A stretch of 64,000 nt of DNA from Thermoanaerobaculia bacterium (GTDB taxonomy: Bacteria; Acidobacteriota; Thermoanaerobaculia; UBA5066). The stretch's first letter is position 1; the number at the start of each line of letters is the position of its first letter. A model generated the notes under the pieces. The model was not told where the DNA came from, ran no database searches, and worked only from the letters and a program-made list of their open reading frames with translations. Below, piece by piece: positions 24,131-32,842 of the stretch. Position numbers and translations under genes: made by a program. The stretch is from the NCBI GenBank assembly GCA_038245905.1, contig JBBRRY010000017.1, positions 1 through 64,000 of the forward strand. The letters are read 5' to 3'.

Positions 24131-24408
24131 GCAGGCTCCCGCGAGTCCGGCGAAGCCGCATCGCCCTTCATCTCGCGCCTCCACGTCTCGATCTCGGAAA
24201 CTGCGGCCCAGAGGTGCAGGAGCCCGAACCCGAGGAGGAAACTCCGGAAATAGGGCGATTCCAGGAAGGGACGCGTTTTCTCCGGAGACCGTCCGACGAC
24301 GCGCACCGTCCAGTACCGGCCCCACGGCGCGAGAGTCAGGAACGCACCGGCCTCGAGGGCGTAGAGGACGAAGAGCGCCCTGAGAAGCCTGCCGCCGGTT
24401 CGTGCCAC
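24127..24408 (-). CDS. Small membrane protein
   Basis: Two hydrophobic segments; TACAAT 6 nt before the GTG; coupled to acpS. Confidence 0.7.
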   Translation of the reverse strand: MARTGGRLLRALFVLYALEAGAFLTLAPWGRYWTVRVVGRSPEKTRPFLESPYFRSFLLGFGLLHLWAAVSEIETWRREMKGDAASPDSREPA

Positions 24409-24439
24409 CCCCGGATTGTAGAGGGAGGTCGCCGGCGGG

Positions 24440-26245
24440 TCAGGCGCGGCGGAATGCGGCGGCGTGTGCCGATGCGTCGAATGTCCGAAGCGCGCCTTCG
24501 CGCCGCGCCGGGGGAGCCGCGGGAGCCTGAGGCACTGGCGCCGCCGGCTGAGGCGCGGGGGCCGGCGCGGAATGAGGCGCCTCGCGGGGAGCGGGTGCGG
24601 ATTCCCGGTGGGTCACAGGAGCCTCGCGAGGAGCGGGCGCGGATTCCCGGGCCGGGGGCGCCTCGCGCGAGCGCTCGACCACGCGGGGCTGCGGCGCACG
24701 CCATCCCGAGTCGTCGTGACGAACCGGCCGTGCCTCCTCGACGCGCCTCGGAATCGGGGCCGGGGCCGGCGAGGAAGGGGAGCGCCACCCATCGTCTCGA
24801 AGGCGTCGATAGGCGGGGTCCTGGCCAACGCGCACGGCGGTCTTCTTCAGCTCCTCGATCGCTGCCGGCGAAGGCGTGCTTTCGCGGCGGAGAATCGCCG
24901 TCAGGCCCTCGCTCACGGGAGCCCGGCGAGCGCTCTCGGCGCCTGGCAAACGGTGAAGCGCATCCTGGATCGACGCGGCCGGGTTTCCGCCACGCTCGAA
25001 GCGGAGGGGAGTTGTCGCGATCGTCCCGATCTCACCGGGCCGGAAGCTCACGCGATCCCCGCGCACGATGTCCCGGGCCGGATCCAGCCGGACGACGATC
25101 CGCCCGGACGGCACGTAGTTCCAGCCGCGCGGATCGATCTGCGAGACTGCGACACGCCCGCGAAGATGCGGGTAGACGGGAACGCGTCCGTCGCTGACGT
25201 TCACGCGGGCGTGCCGGGAACGGGGCTCCCACGAGCCGTAGGTCCCGATCGGGCACCAGCCTATCCAGCCGGGCGTGTAATTCCAGTAGACCCACGCGGG
25301 CGAGTAGTCGTCGCCGGGGCACCACATCCAGCCCAGCATCGAGTCGAAGACCCACGTCCCATAGTGGTACGGGAGCCATCCCCATGGCTCCGAAGAGACC
25401 CACGTGAGGCCCGCAGGCGTCCACCGCCAGTAACCGAGCGCGTACGGCGTCCAGCCGGCGCCCACGCGAGGCCTCCAGCAGGTGCAGCCACACGTCGACG
25501 AGTACGTCCAGCTTCCAAAGTCGTCGAACGAGGCGTTGTCGTAGTCGTAGCCGAAATCCGAGGAGACGTAACGGGTCGTGTTGCGGCTGTCCGTCCGGTC
25601 GCGCCGTTCCTCGATGAACCGCGCGAAGCGGTCGCGCGGCGAAGCGGACACCTCCACCTCGACGTCGCCGTCGCTGCTCACGAACGCGTATTCGCCCGCG
25701 CGGACGAGGGCGCGTCCGGCCCGGCCCGAGACCTCGACCTTGCCCGACAGAGCGTAGATCTCCGTGCCGCGCCTGCCGGCGTCCACGCGGAACAGCGCGC
25801 GCGAAGGCGCCAGGATCGTCGCGTCGTCCGTGTCGAGACGCAGGGCGCGCTCGCGCGTCGTCTCTCTCGCCGCCACGTCACGGACCTCGACCGCCACCGT
25901 GCCGCGCGCGAGGAAGAGGAGGTCACGGTCGTCTTCGGCTTCGTACGTGCGGGCCATCCGGTCGAAGCGCAGGTCCGTGTATCCGTCCACGCGCACCACG
26001 TTGCCGTCCGCGAGGACCGCTTCCGCACGCGACCCGACTCCCGTCACGAGGCTGTCTCCCGGGAGAACCGGCATGTTGATCCGGGCCGCGGAGTCGTCTT
26101 CGGCCTTCGAGAGCAGGGAGACGTCGGGCTGTACGTACGAGAGGTACGTGTAGCCCTCCCGCTGGGCGTCCGCGCGACCCGGCGCCAGGGCGGCGGCGAG
26201 AAGGGCGGCTGCGAGAGCGGTGGGCGCCGTCTGGCGGGCGTTCAT
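24440..26245 (-). CDS. Secreted FecR-like plus Trp-rich (DUF6600-like) protein
   Basis: Signal peptide; INMPVLPGD..SRAE FecR-like segment; WRP..WTPY..WVSSEPWGWLPYHYG; Pro/Arg-rich tail. Confidence 0.8.
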   Translation of the reverse strand: MNARQTAPTALAAALLAAALAPGRADAQREGYTYLSYVQPDVSLLSKAEDDSAARINMPVLPGDSLVTGVGSRAEAVLADGNVVRVDGYTDLRFDRMARTYEAEDDRDLLFLARGTVAVEVRDVAARETTRERALRLDTDDATILAPSRALFRVDAGRRGTEIYALSGKVEVSGRAGRALVRAGEYAFVSSDGDVEVEVSASPRDRFARFIEERRDRTDSRNTTRYVSSDFGYDYDNASFDDFGSWTYSSTCGCTCWRPRVGAGWTPYALGYWRWTPAGLTWVSSEPWGWLPYHYGTWVFDSMLGWMWCPGDDYSPAWVYWNYTPGWIGWCPIGTYGSWEPRSRHARVNVSDGRVPVYPHLRGRVAVSQIDPRGWNYVPSGRIVVRLDPARDIVRGDRVSFRPGEIGTIATTPLRFERGGNPAASIQDALHRLPGAESARRAPVSEGLTAILRRESTPSPAAIEELKKTAVRVGQDPAYRRLRDDGWRSPSSPAPAPIPRRVEEARPVRHDDSGWRAPQPRVVERSREAPPARESAPAPREAPVTHRESAPAPREAPHSAPAPAPQPAAPVPQAPAAPPARREGALRTFDASAHAAAFRRA

Positions 26246-26411
26246 GTCGGGCCTCCGGGCCATCCTATGCGACCTCCGTACCACTATGGGCGGCGCCTCT
26301 CTCGTCCCCCCGCGGGGACGCTTGACCGCGCCCGGGAAGCCCTGCAATCTCAACGTGCTGGCCGACGCTCCTGAAAAGGGGAGAAGAGCCGTCCCGTCCT
26401 CCGGAGTGCAG

Positions 26412-26927
26412 GTGGCCATTCGAGAAATCGTCAAGTACGGGGATCCGCGGCTCGTCGCGAAGAACCGGGCCGTCGACGTGTTCGACGATCCCGGCCTCGC
26501 CGCCTTGCTTCAGGACCTGAAAGAGACCTGCTGGGCGGCTCCCGGCCTCGGTCTCGCCGCCCCCCAGATCGGGGTGAACCTCCGCGTCGCGATCGTCGAT
26601 CTCTCGATCGGGAAGGATCCGGCCCAGGTCATCGTGCTCGTGAACCCCGTCGTCGTGGACGTGCAGGGGCTCATTCGGGAAGAGGAGGGCTGTCTCTCCT
26701 TTCCCGACATGGTGGAGACGGTCGAGCGGCCCGAGAGAGTGACGGTGGAGGCCCTCGACGCCCTCGGAAAGAAGCAGACGTTCGACGGGCGAGACCTTCT
26801 CGCGCGGGCATTCTGCCACGAGGTGGACCACCTCGACCAGCGGCTCTTCGTCGACCGGCTCTCGTCCCTGAAGAAAGGCCTCCTGCTGCGCCAGGTCGTC
26901 AAACGCCAGAAAAGGGGGGTGTGGTAG
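26412..26927 (+). CDS. def: Peptide deformylase
   Basis: GLGLAAPQIG, EGCLS, HEVDHL. Confidence 0.96.
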   Translation: MAIREIVKYGDPRLVAKNRAVDVFDDPGLAALLQDLKETCWAAPGLGLAAPQIGVNLRVAIVDLSIGKDPAQVIVLVNPVVVDVQGLIREEEGCLSFPDMVETVERPERVTVEALDALGKKQTFDGRDLLARAFCHEVDHLDQRLFVDRLSSLKKGLLLRQVVKRQKRGVW

Positions 26928-26963
26928 ACGGCGTCAACAGCCACGATGCCGCGACGCCCGACA

Positions 26964-27866
26964 CTACGCTCCGGCTTTCGCGCGCAGCTCGTCGACGAGG
27001 TTGAGCCGGTGGAGGGTGCGGCCGAGGTGCGCGGCGAACGCCATCAAATGCTCGAGCTCGGGTGATTCGCCTGGTGGAGGAAGCGGTCCGCGCCGATAGA
27101 GGCGCAGCGTGCCGAGGAGCTCCTTGCCGCCGAAGACCGGAGCGGCGGTGATGGTCCAGTCCGGGGTGGCATCGCCCGGGAGGCGCGGCGCGCGCGCCGT
27201 GCGCGGATCCTCGTCGAGGCCGAGCGTCGCGACGAAGCCGGGAGGACTTCCGCCCGGCCAGGTGCTGGAGGCGGCCGCGAGCAGGTCTACGTGGCCCGTG
27301 CGCCGCACGTGCAGCGTGACGCCGTCGGCGCCGAACACGGACGCGATCCGGTCGAGGATCGGGACGAGGAGGCGCGCCCGGAAGTCTTCGGTCGTGACGC
27401 CGTCCTCTTCGACCTTCGCGGAGATCTCCTGCTGCAGCTCGAGAATCTGCGTGCGCGCCGTGAGGGCGTCCAGTAGCTCCTTGATGCGAAGCGCGTTCTT
27501 CACGCGCGCCTTCAGCTCGCGGGCCGAGAACGGCTTCGTGACGTAGTCGTTCGCGAGCGCTTCGAAACCCTGCAGGAGGTCTTCCTCCTCAGTGCGCGCC
27601 GTTACGAAGATGACCTGCGTGCCCGCCGTCGCGCCGACGGTCTTGATCCGGCGGCAGACCTCGTAACCGGAGAGATCGGGCATACGCACGTCGAGGAGGA
27701 CGACGTCGGGCCGGCGGGCGTCCACTTTCTCGAGGGCCTCGGTGCCGGACAGCGCGCTTTCGAAGTCGCAGCCCAGCTCGTAGGCGATGTACGACGCCAC
27801 CTCGGCCTGGTAAGGGTCGTCGTCCACGAGGAGGAGCAGGGGCGCGGAGGCGGGCGATCGGAACAT
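26964..27866 (-). CDS. Response regulator with GAF-like C-terminal domain
   Basis: LLVDDD, LLDVRMP, KPFS, then a GAF-like region. Confidence 0.85.
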   Translation of the reverse strand: MFRSPASAPLLLLVDDDPYQAEVASYIAYELGCDFESALSGTEALEKVDARRPDVVLLDVRMPDLSGYEVCRRIKTVGATAGTQVIFVTARTEEEDLLQGFEALANDYVTKPFSARELKARVKNALRIKELLDALTARTQILELQQEISAKVEEDGVTTEDFRARLLVPILDRIASVFGADGVTLHVRRTGHVDLLAAASSTWPGGSPPGFVATLGLDEDPRTARAPRLPGDATPDWTITAAPVFGGKELLGTLRLYRRGPLPPPGESPELEHLMAFAAHLGRTLHRLNLVDELRAKAGA

Positions 27867-27993
27867 GGCGACCGAGGGTATAGCAGAACCAGGGAGCGAT
27901 CAGGGAGCGCTTTTGCCTGGACCGACCTGCGACAGCGCGGATTCGACCCGATGCGCTAGCGAAATCCCTCGCGGTCGTCGAGAATCGCCCGTC

Positions 27994-29475
27994 GTGACTC
28001 TTCGCCTTTACAACACCATGAGCCGCTCGCTCGAGGAGTTTCGTCCCGTCTACCCGGGAAAGATCGGCCTCTACACATGCGGACCCACCGTCTACAACCG
28101 GGTGCACATCGGAAACCTCAGGACATTCGTCTGGGAAGACGTGATGTGCCGCGTCTTTCGCGCCCTCGGCTACGAGACGACCCAGGTGATGAACCTCACG
28201 GACATCGACGACAAGACGATCCGGGGCGCGTTGGCCGCCGGGCTGCCGCTGCGCGCGTTCACGGACCTTCACATCGCGACGTTCTTCGAGGACCTGAAGA
28301 CGCTCGGCGTCGAGCCGGCGGCGCTCTATCCGCGCGCCACGGAGCACATCCCCGAGATGGTCACGATCGTCCAGAAGCTCGCCGCCCGTGGGCACACGTA
28401 CGAGAGCGACGGATCGGTCTGGTTCCGGATCTCGACGTTCCCGGGCTACGGAAGTCTCTCTAAGATCGACCTCACGGCCGTGAAGCGCGGCGCGCGCGTG
28501 GCCGACGACGAGTACGAGAAGGAAGATGTGCGCGACTTCGCGGTATGGAAGGGAGCGAAGGAGGGCGAGCCCGAGTCCGCGACGTGGGCCACGGCGCTTG
28601 GCCGCGGGCGGCCCGGCTGGCACCTCGAGTGCAGCGCCATGGCGATGAAGTACCTCGGCGAAACGCTCGACATCCACACGGGCGCCGTCGACAACATCTT
28701 CCCGCATCACGAGAACGAGATCGCGCAGAGCGAAGGCGCGACCGGGAAACCGTTCGTCCATTACTGGCTCCACGCCGAGCACCTCCTCGTGGACGGCGAG
28801 AAGATGTCGAAGAGCAAGGGGAACTTCTACACGCTTCCCGACCTCCTCGAGAGGGGCTTCTCTCCGCGCGCGATCCGCTACCTCCTCATCTCGGTCCCGT
28901 ATCGGATGAAGCTCAACTTCACCTTCGACGGCCTGAAGGCCGCGACCTCCGCGGTCGAGCGGCTGGAGTCGCTCGACCTGCGGCTCAGGGAAAGAGAGAA
29001 AGAGAAGAACAGTTCTTTGAAAGGGGAAGAGGGGGGGAGAGAGGGATTCGAGGGGCGACTGGCGGAGGCGCGGCGTGCGGTCTTTGCCGCCCTCGAGGAC
29101 GACCTCAACACGGCCGGCGCTCTCGGGGCGCTGTTCTCGTTCGTCAAGGCGACCAACGTCGATCTCGAGGCGGGCCATCTGTCGGCCTCCGACGCAACCG
29201 CGGCGCGCGGTCTTCTCCATGAAGTCGCCGGGAACGTCTTCGGAGTCATTGAAAAGACCGCAGGCGACGATGCGCCCTCTTCACCTTCTCAGAAATCTTC
29301 ATCCGAATCCCCCGAATCCGATGATGCGTGGATCCTGGAGCGCATCGAGGCCCGAAAGGGGGCTAGAAAGGCCCGGGATTTCAAGGCCGCCGACGCGATC
29401 CGCGACGAGCTCCTGGGCAAGGGAGTCATCCTCGAAGACACGCCCCAGGGCGTTCGCTGGAAGAGGAAGCCTTGA
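27994..29475 (+). CDS. cysS: Cysteine--tRNA ligase
   Basis: LYNT, YTCGPTVY, HIGN, GRPGWHLECSAM, KMSKS. Confidence 0.98.
   Translation: MTLRLYNTMSRSLEEFRPVYPGKIGLYTCGPTVYNRVHIGNLRTFVWEDVMCRVFRALGYETTQVMNLTDIDDKTIRGALAAGLPLRAFTDLHIATFFEDLKTLGVEPAALYPRATEHIPEMVTIVQKLAARGHTYESDGSVWFRISTFPGYGSLSKIDLTAVKRGARVADDEYEKEDVRDFAVWKGAKEGEPESATWATALGRGRPGWHLECSAMAMKYLGETLDIHTGAVDNIFPHHENEIAQSEGATGKPFVHYWLHAEHLLVDGEKMSKSKGNFYTLPDLLERGFSPRAIRYLLISVPYRMKLNFTFDGLKAATSAVERLESLDLRLREREKEKNSSLKGEEGGREGFEGRLAEARRAVFAALEDDLNTAGALGALFSFVKATNVDLEAGHLSASDATAARGLLHEVAGNVFGVIEKTAGDDAPSSPSQKSSSESPESDDAWILERIEARKGARKARDFKAADAIRDELLGKGVILEDTPQGVRWKRKP
29003..29300. repeat. Dispersed motif, inverted pair in cysS
   Basis: Reverse AGAAGAACAGTTCTTTGAAAGGGGAAGAGGGG (29003-29034); forward CCCTCTTCACCTTCTCAGAAATCTTC (29275-29300). 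Confidence 0.7.
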
Positions 29476-29510
29476 CAGTGGCGCGCCACTTCGGGTCTAC
29501 TTCCGGAGTC

Positions 29511-29552
29511 ATGATCTTCGTCGCGCGCCACTGGCACGTTCATCACACCTGA
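29511..29552 (+). CDS. Putative His/Trp leader peptide MIFVARHWHVHHT
   Basis: GGAG RBS; ATG ATC TTC GTC GCG CGC CAC TGG CAC GTT CAT CAC ACC TGA; upstream of the aro-his-trp operon. Confidence 0.85.
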   Translation: MIFVARHWHVHHT

Positions 29553-29622
29553 GTCGGCTGCGCCTCGCGCCGCCGGCCCATAGAGGTTCGGAGGCACGCG
29601 GGTTTTCCAACAAGGTCACCCC

Positions 29623-29653
29623 AACCCCTCCGGATCGGAGGGGTTTTCGTTTT
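29623..29653 (+). terminator. Attenuator terminator hairpin
   Basis: AACCCCTCCG-GAT-CGGAGGGGTT followed by TTCGTTTT; upstream CGGAGG (29589-29594) and GGGTT (29600-29604) can pair with its 5' arm. Confidence 0.85.
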
Positions 29654-31214
29654 GGTCCTCACCGCGGAGAAAACACTTCTCGTCGCGTCCCTCGCACCGG
29701 CTTCTAACGCCGAGGCTCTGGGGGGGCGCGCGGCTCTCGCCGACCTGCCTCCGTCGACGGCTGTCGAGCTGCGCCTGGATGCGATGACCGAGGCGCCTGC
29801 GTTCGGCGCGCTGCGCGCGTGCTTCGAAGGCAGAACGCTCATCGCAACCGTTCGATCCAAAGCCGAGGGCGGCGGGTTCCGGGGGAGCGAGGAGGAAGAG
29901 CGGGATTTCCTAGAAGGTGCCCTCTCTGCGGGCTTCGATCTCGCAGACGTTGAATTTCGCCGCGACCTTGGTACTCGCTTCGCCGGAATACCTCCTTCTA
30001 AGAAGATTTCTTCTCTCCACGACCCCGAAGGGGTACCAGCCGACCTCGACAGCGTCGTCTCGAGGATGCTCGCTTCCCCCTCGCGCTTCGTGAAAGTCGC
30101 GGCGACGGCAAACGATTCCGGCGACGCCCGCCGCCTTCTCGAGCTTCAGGCCGCGAACCCAGGGGGGCGCCTCACCGTATTCGGCATGGGCGAGGCCGGG
30201 ATCGCCACGCGCGTCCTCTCGCCCTATCTCGGCGCGGCGCTCGCGTACGGGGCGCTCGTCCCCGGGCGCGCCACGGCACCCGGCCAGCTTCTTGCGCGCG
30301 ACCTCAACGAGATCTACGGCGTCGGCTGCGCGCGGAGCGTCTCGCGGCTCTTCGGGATCCTGGGCGGCGTCGTCTCGCACTCCCTCTCTCCCGCTCTCCA
30401 CAACGCGAATTTCGAGGCTCTCGAAGAGGACGCGCTCTACGTCCCGTTTGCGATGCGGATGCTCGGGAGGGAGCTCGAGCCCCTCGTCGCCTCCCTCGAC
30501 GCGCTCGGCCTTCCTCTCGGGGGCGTCTCGGTGACGATCCCGTTCAAGGAAGAGGCCGCGCTCCTTTCGGGCGCGGCCGAGGGCGGCGAGAGGGCGGTCA
30601 ACACGCTCCTGAGGTCGAGCGCCCCGGGCCTGCCGCTCCAGTGGCGCGCGGAAAACACCGACCGTGCGGCATTCGAGGCCGTGATTGAAGATGCTTCCGA
30701 GAGAGGGAGAACCGAGACGAGCGCGAATGCGCGGGTGGCGATCGTCCTCGGGGCTGGTGGTACGGCACGGGTTGCCGTGGATGTTCTCCGAAAAAGGGGA
30801 TTCGGAGTCTTTCTGGTGAACCGAGGCGAGGAGCGTGGCGAGGCGCTTGCGGCTGCCACGGGCGCCCATTACCTTTCTAATAAATCCTCGGCGCCGTGGC
30901 CCGAGGCTGGAGTCATCGTCAACGCGACGGCCCTCGGGCTTCTCCCGGGGGATCCTCTTCCCTGCGAGCAAAATATTCTCCGCCCCGGGATGCTCGTGAT
31001 CGACGCGCCGTATCGCGCCGGCGGAACAGAGCTCGTCCGGGCGGCGCGCGCAGCGGGCGCGCGCGTCGTAGACGGCCAGACACTGCTCCTGCTTCAGGCC
31101 GCGGGCCAGGCAACGCTCTTCACCGGGCGGCAGACGAGCCCGCGGGATCTGCTCTCGCGTCTCGCGCCGCGCCTTCGCTCCCTGTTTTCGTCCTTCGAGG
31201 AGTTTTCTCCTTGA
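29652..31214 (+). CDS. aroDE: Fused type I 3-dehydroquinate dehydratase / shikimate dehydrogenase
   Basis: VELRLD, IATVRSKAEGG, SLH, APGQ (AroD); HSLSPALHN, SVTIPFK, AVNT, NTD, GAGGTA (AroE). Start uncertain. Confidence 0.9.
   Translation: MVLTAEKTLLVASLAPASNAEALGGRAALADLPPSTAVELRLDAMTEAPAFGALRACFEGRTLIATVRSKAEGGGFRGSEEEERDFLEGALSAGFDLADVEFRRDLGTRFAGIPPSKKISSLHDPEGVPADLDSVVSRMLASPSRFVKVAATANDSGDARRLLELQAANPGGRLTVFGMGEAGIATRVLSPYLGAALAYGALVPGRATAPGQLLARDLNEIYGVGCARSVSRLFGILGGVVSHSLSPALHNANFEALEEDALYVPFAMRMLGRELEPLVASLDALGLPLGGVSVTIPFKEEAALLSGAAEGGERAVNTLLRSSAPGLPLQWRAENTDRAAFEAVIEDASERGRTETSANARVAIVLGAGGTARVAVDVLRKRGFGVFLVNRGEERGEALAAATGAHYLSNKSSAPWPEAGVIVNATALGLLPGDPLPCEQNILRPGMLVIDAPYRAGGTELVRAARAAGARVVDGQTLLLLQAAGQATLFTGRQTSPRDLLSRLAPRLRSLFSSFEEFSP
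29902..30018. repeat. Dispersed motif, inverted pair in the aroD domain
   Basis: Reverse GGGATTTCCTAGAAGGTG (29902-29919); forward CCTCCTTCTAAGAAGATTTCTTCTCTCC (29991-30018). Confidence 0.7.
30779..30889. repeat. Dispersed motif, pair in the aroE domain
   Basis: Degenerate reverse GGATGTTCTCCGAAAAAGGGGA (30779-30800); forward GGCGCCCATTACCTTTCTAATAAATCCTC (30861-30889). Confidence 0.6.
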
Positions 31215-32842
31215 AGATCGAGCGGCCCGACCCGAACCTGCCGCGAGGCGTGCAGGCATTTCTCTTCGACGCGGCCGAGCGCCGCCGGAAGGCGGAAGAC
31301 TCGGTCGTGCGACGGCTTCAGGAGGCCGGTCTGCGTGAGGTGATTCTCCCCGTCCTGGATTTCGCGGCCCCCTATGCCGGCGTGACGGCCGAGGGAGACG
31401 ATCGCCTTTATCGGTTCCTCGACCGGCAGGGGAATACTCTGGCGCTTCGGGCGGACTTCACGCCGATGGCGGCGCGCGTCGTGGCGCCACGGCTCAGCGC
31501 GCTCTCCGGAGCCGTCTCCCTCTTCTACCGCGGAGACGTCGTGCGCGACGAGGAGACTGGTGTCGGGCGCCGGCGCGAGTTCGCGCAGGTCGGCGCAGAG
31601 CGTTACGGCGATGGCCGCCCGGAGGCCGACGGCGAAATGCTCGCGCTGGCTCTCTCCTGCCTCGGAGATCTTCCGGCCGAGCGCCTCAGGCTCACCCTCG
31701 GCTGGTCGGGCCTCCTGGAACGCCTGCTCGCCATACTCGCCCCGGGACTCGAAGTGAACGGCGCGTCCGAACTCGCCGTTGCCTTGTCGGCCGCGCGCGC
31801 GCGGCACATCACGGAGCTGGAGACGCGGCTTTCGACCGCGGGCGCCGCGCCGGCCGTCGCTGCGGAAGCCGCCCGGGCCCTCCTCGTCGGCTTCGACCCC
31901 TCTTCCGATCTCTTCCACTCGACTGCCCTTGCGGGCGCGGCCGCGGAGCTCGCGCGCGCGGTCGCAATTGCGAGGGCCGCCCGGCCCGGTCTCTCGGTCG
32001 TCGTCGACCTTGCCGACACTCCCCAGGCCCCCTATTACACGGGGCTCACGTTCAGCGTGGACGCCGCGAGCGGGGGCGGCACGATTGCCGGAGGCGGACG
32101 GTACGACGGCCTCCTCGGGCGTTTCGGCACGGCGGCGCCCGCGCTCGGCTTCTGTATCGGCCTCGAGGCTCTCGGTGCTGCCGCCGATGTAACCGAGAGA
32201 GACGCGCGCCCTCTCCGAATCGCGGTCGGGAAGGGCCGGCTCCTGCCGCAGGCGCTCGAGGCGCTCGACGCCGGAGGCGCCTCGTTCGGCGAGCCGGACG
32301 GCCGGCGCCTTCTCGTGCTTTCCTCGGACGGCGCGTTCGAGCTGCTTCTCCTCAAGGACGACGACGTCCCGACCTACGTGGCTCACGGTGGCGCCGACCT
32401 CGGGATCGTGGGGAGCGACCGCGTCCTCGAGAGCGGCGAGGACGTGACCTCCCCCGTGGAGCTTCCGTTCGGCGCCTGCCGCCTCTCCCTCATCGGGCGG
32501 GCGGGGGAGCCGTTCCGCCCGAACGGCGCGCCCGTTCGCGTGGGAACGAAGTACCGCCGCCTCGCGGCCCGCTATTTCGATGAGCGGAAGATCGCCCATG
32601 AGATCGTCCCGCTCGCGGGTTCGGTCGAGCTCGCTGCCGCGCTCGGGCTCACGGACGTCGTCGTGGACCTCATCGAATCTGGCTCCACGATGGCCGCGAA
32701 CGGTCTCGCCGAGATCGAGACCATCCTCACGAGCCGCGCGACCCTCGTCCTCGGGCGTTCCGCGCTCATCGCCCGCCGGGCCGAGATCGCGGAGTTCGTC
32801 CAGCGCCTCAGGGCTCATGCGGGCAAGGCGCTGACTTCATGA
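31211..32842 (+). CDS. hisZG: Fused HisZ-HisG(short) ATP phosphoribosyltransferase
   Basis: LPRGVQ, LALRADFT, REFAQVGAE, GGGRYD (HisZ), then RIAVGKGRL, DVPTYV, ADLGIVG, GSVELA, DLIESGST (HisG) in one frame. Confidence 0.92.
   Translation: MKIERPDPNLPRGVQAFLFDAAERRRKAEDSVVRRLQEAGLREVILPVLDFAAPYAGVTAEGDDRLYRFLDRQGNTLALRADFTPMAARVVAPRLSALSGAVSLFYRGDVVRDEETGVGRRREFAQVGAERYGDGRPEADGEMLALALSCLGDLPAERLRLTLGWSGLLERLLAILAPGLEVNGASELAVALSAARARHITELETRLSTAGAAPAVAAEAARALLVGFDPSSDLFHSTALAGAAAELARAVAIARAARPGLSVVVDLADTPQAPYYTGLTFSVDAASGGGTIAGGGRYDGLLGRFGTAAPALGFCIGLEALGAAADVTERDARPLRIAVGKGRLLPQALEALDAGGASFGEPDGRRLLVLSSDGAFELLLLKDDDVPTYVAHGGADLGIVGSDRVLESGEDVTSPVELPFGACRLSLIGRAGEPFRPNGAPVRVGTKYRRLAARYFDERKIAHEIVPLAGSVELAAALGLTDVVVDLIESGSTMAANGLAEIETILTSRATLVLGRSALIARRAEIAEFVQRLRAHAGKALTS

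Noticed and set aside
24581-24649. Direct repeat encoding RESAPAPREAP twice
   Set aside because: Ordinary low-complexity duplication in a Pro-rich protein tail.
29476-29653. T-box riboswitch upstream of the amino-acid operon
   Set aside because: No T-box consensus (GGTGGNACCGCG) or stem I; a leader-peptide attenuator fits better.
29652-31214. AroD-AroE fusion (and likewise TrpC-TrpF) as a novelty
   Set aside because: Both fusions are well documented in other organisms.
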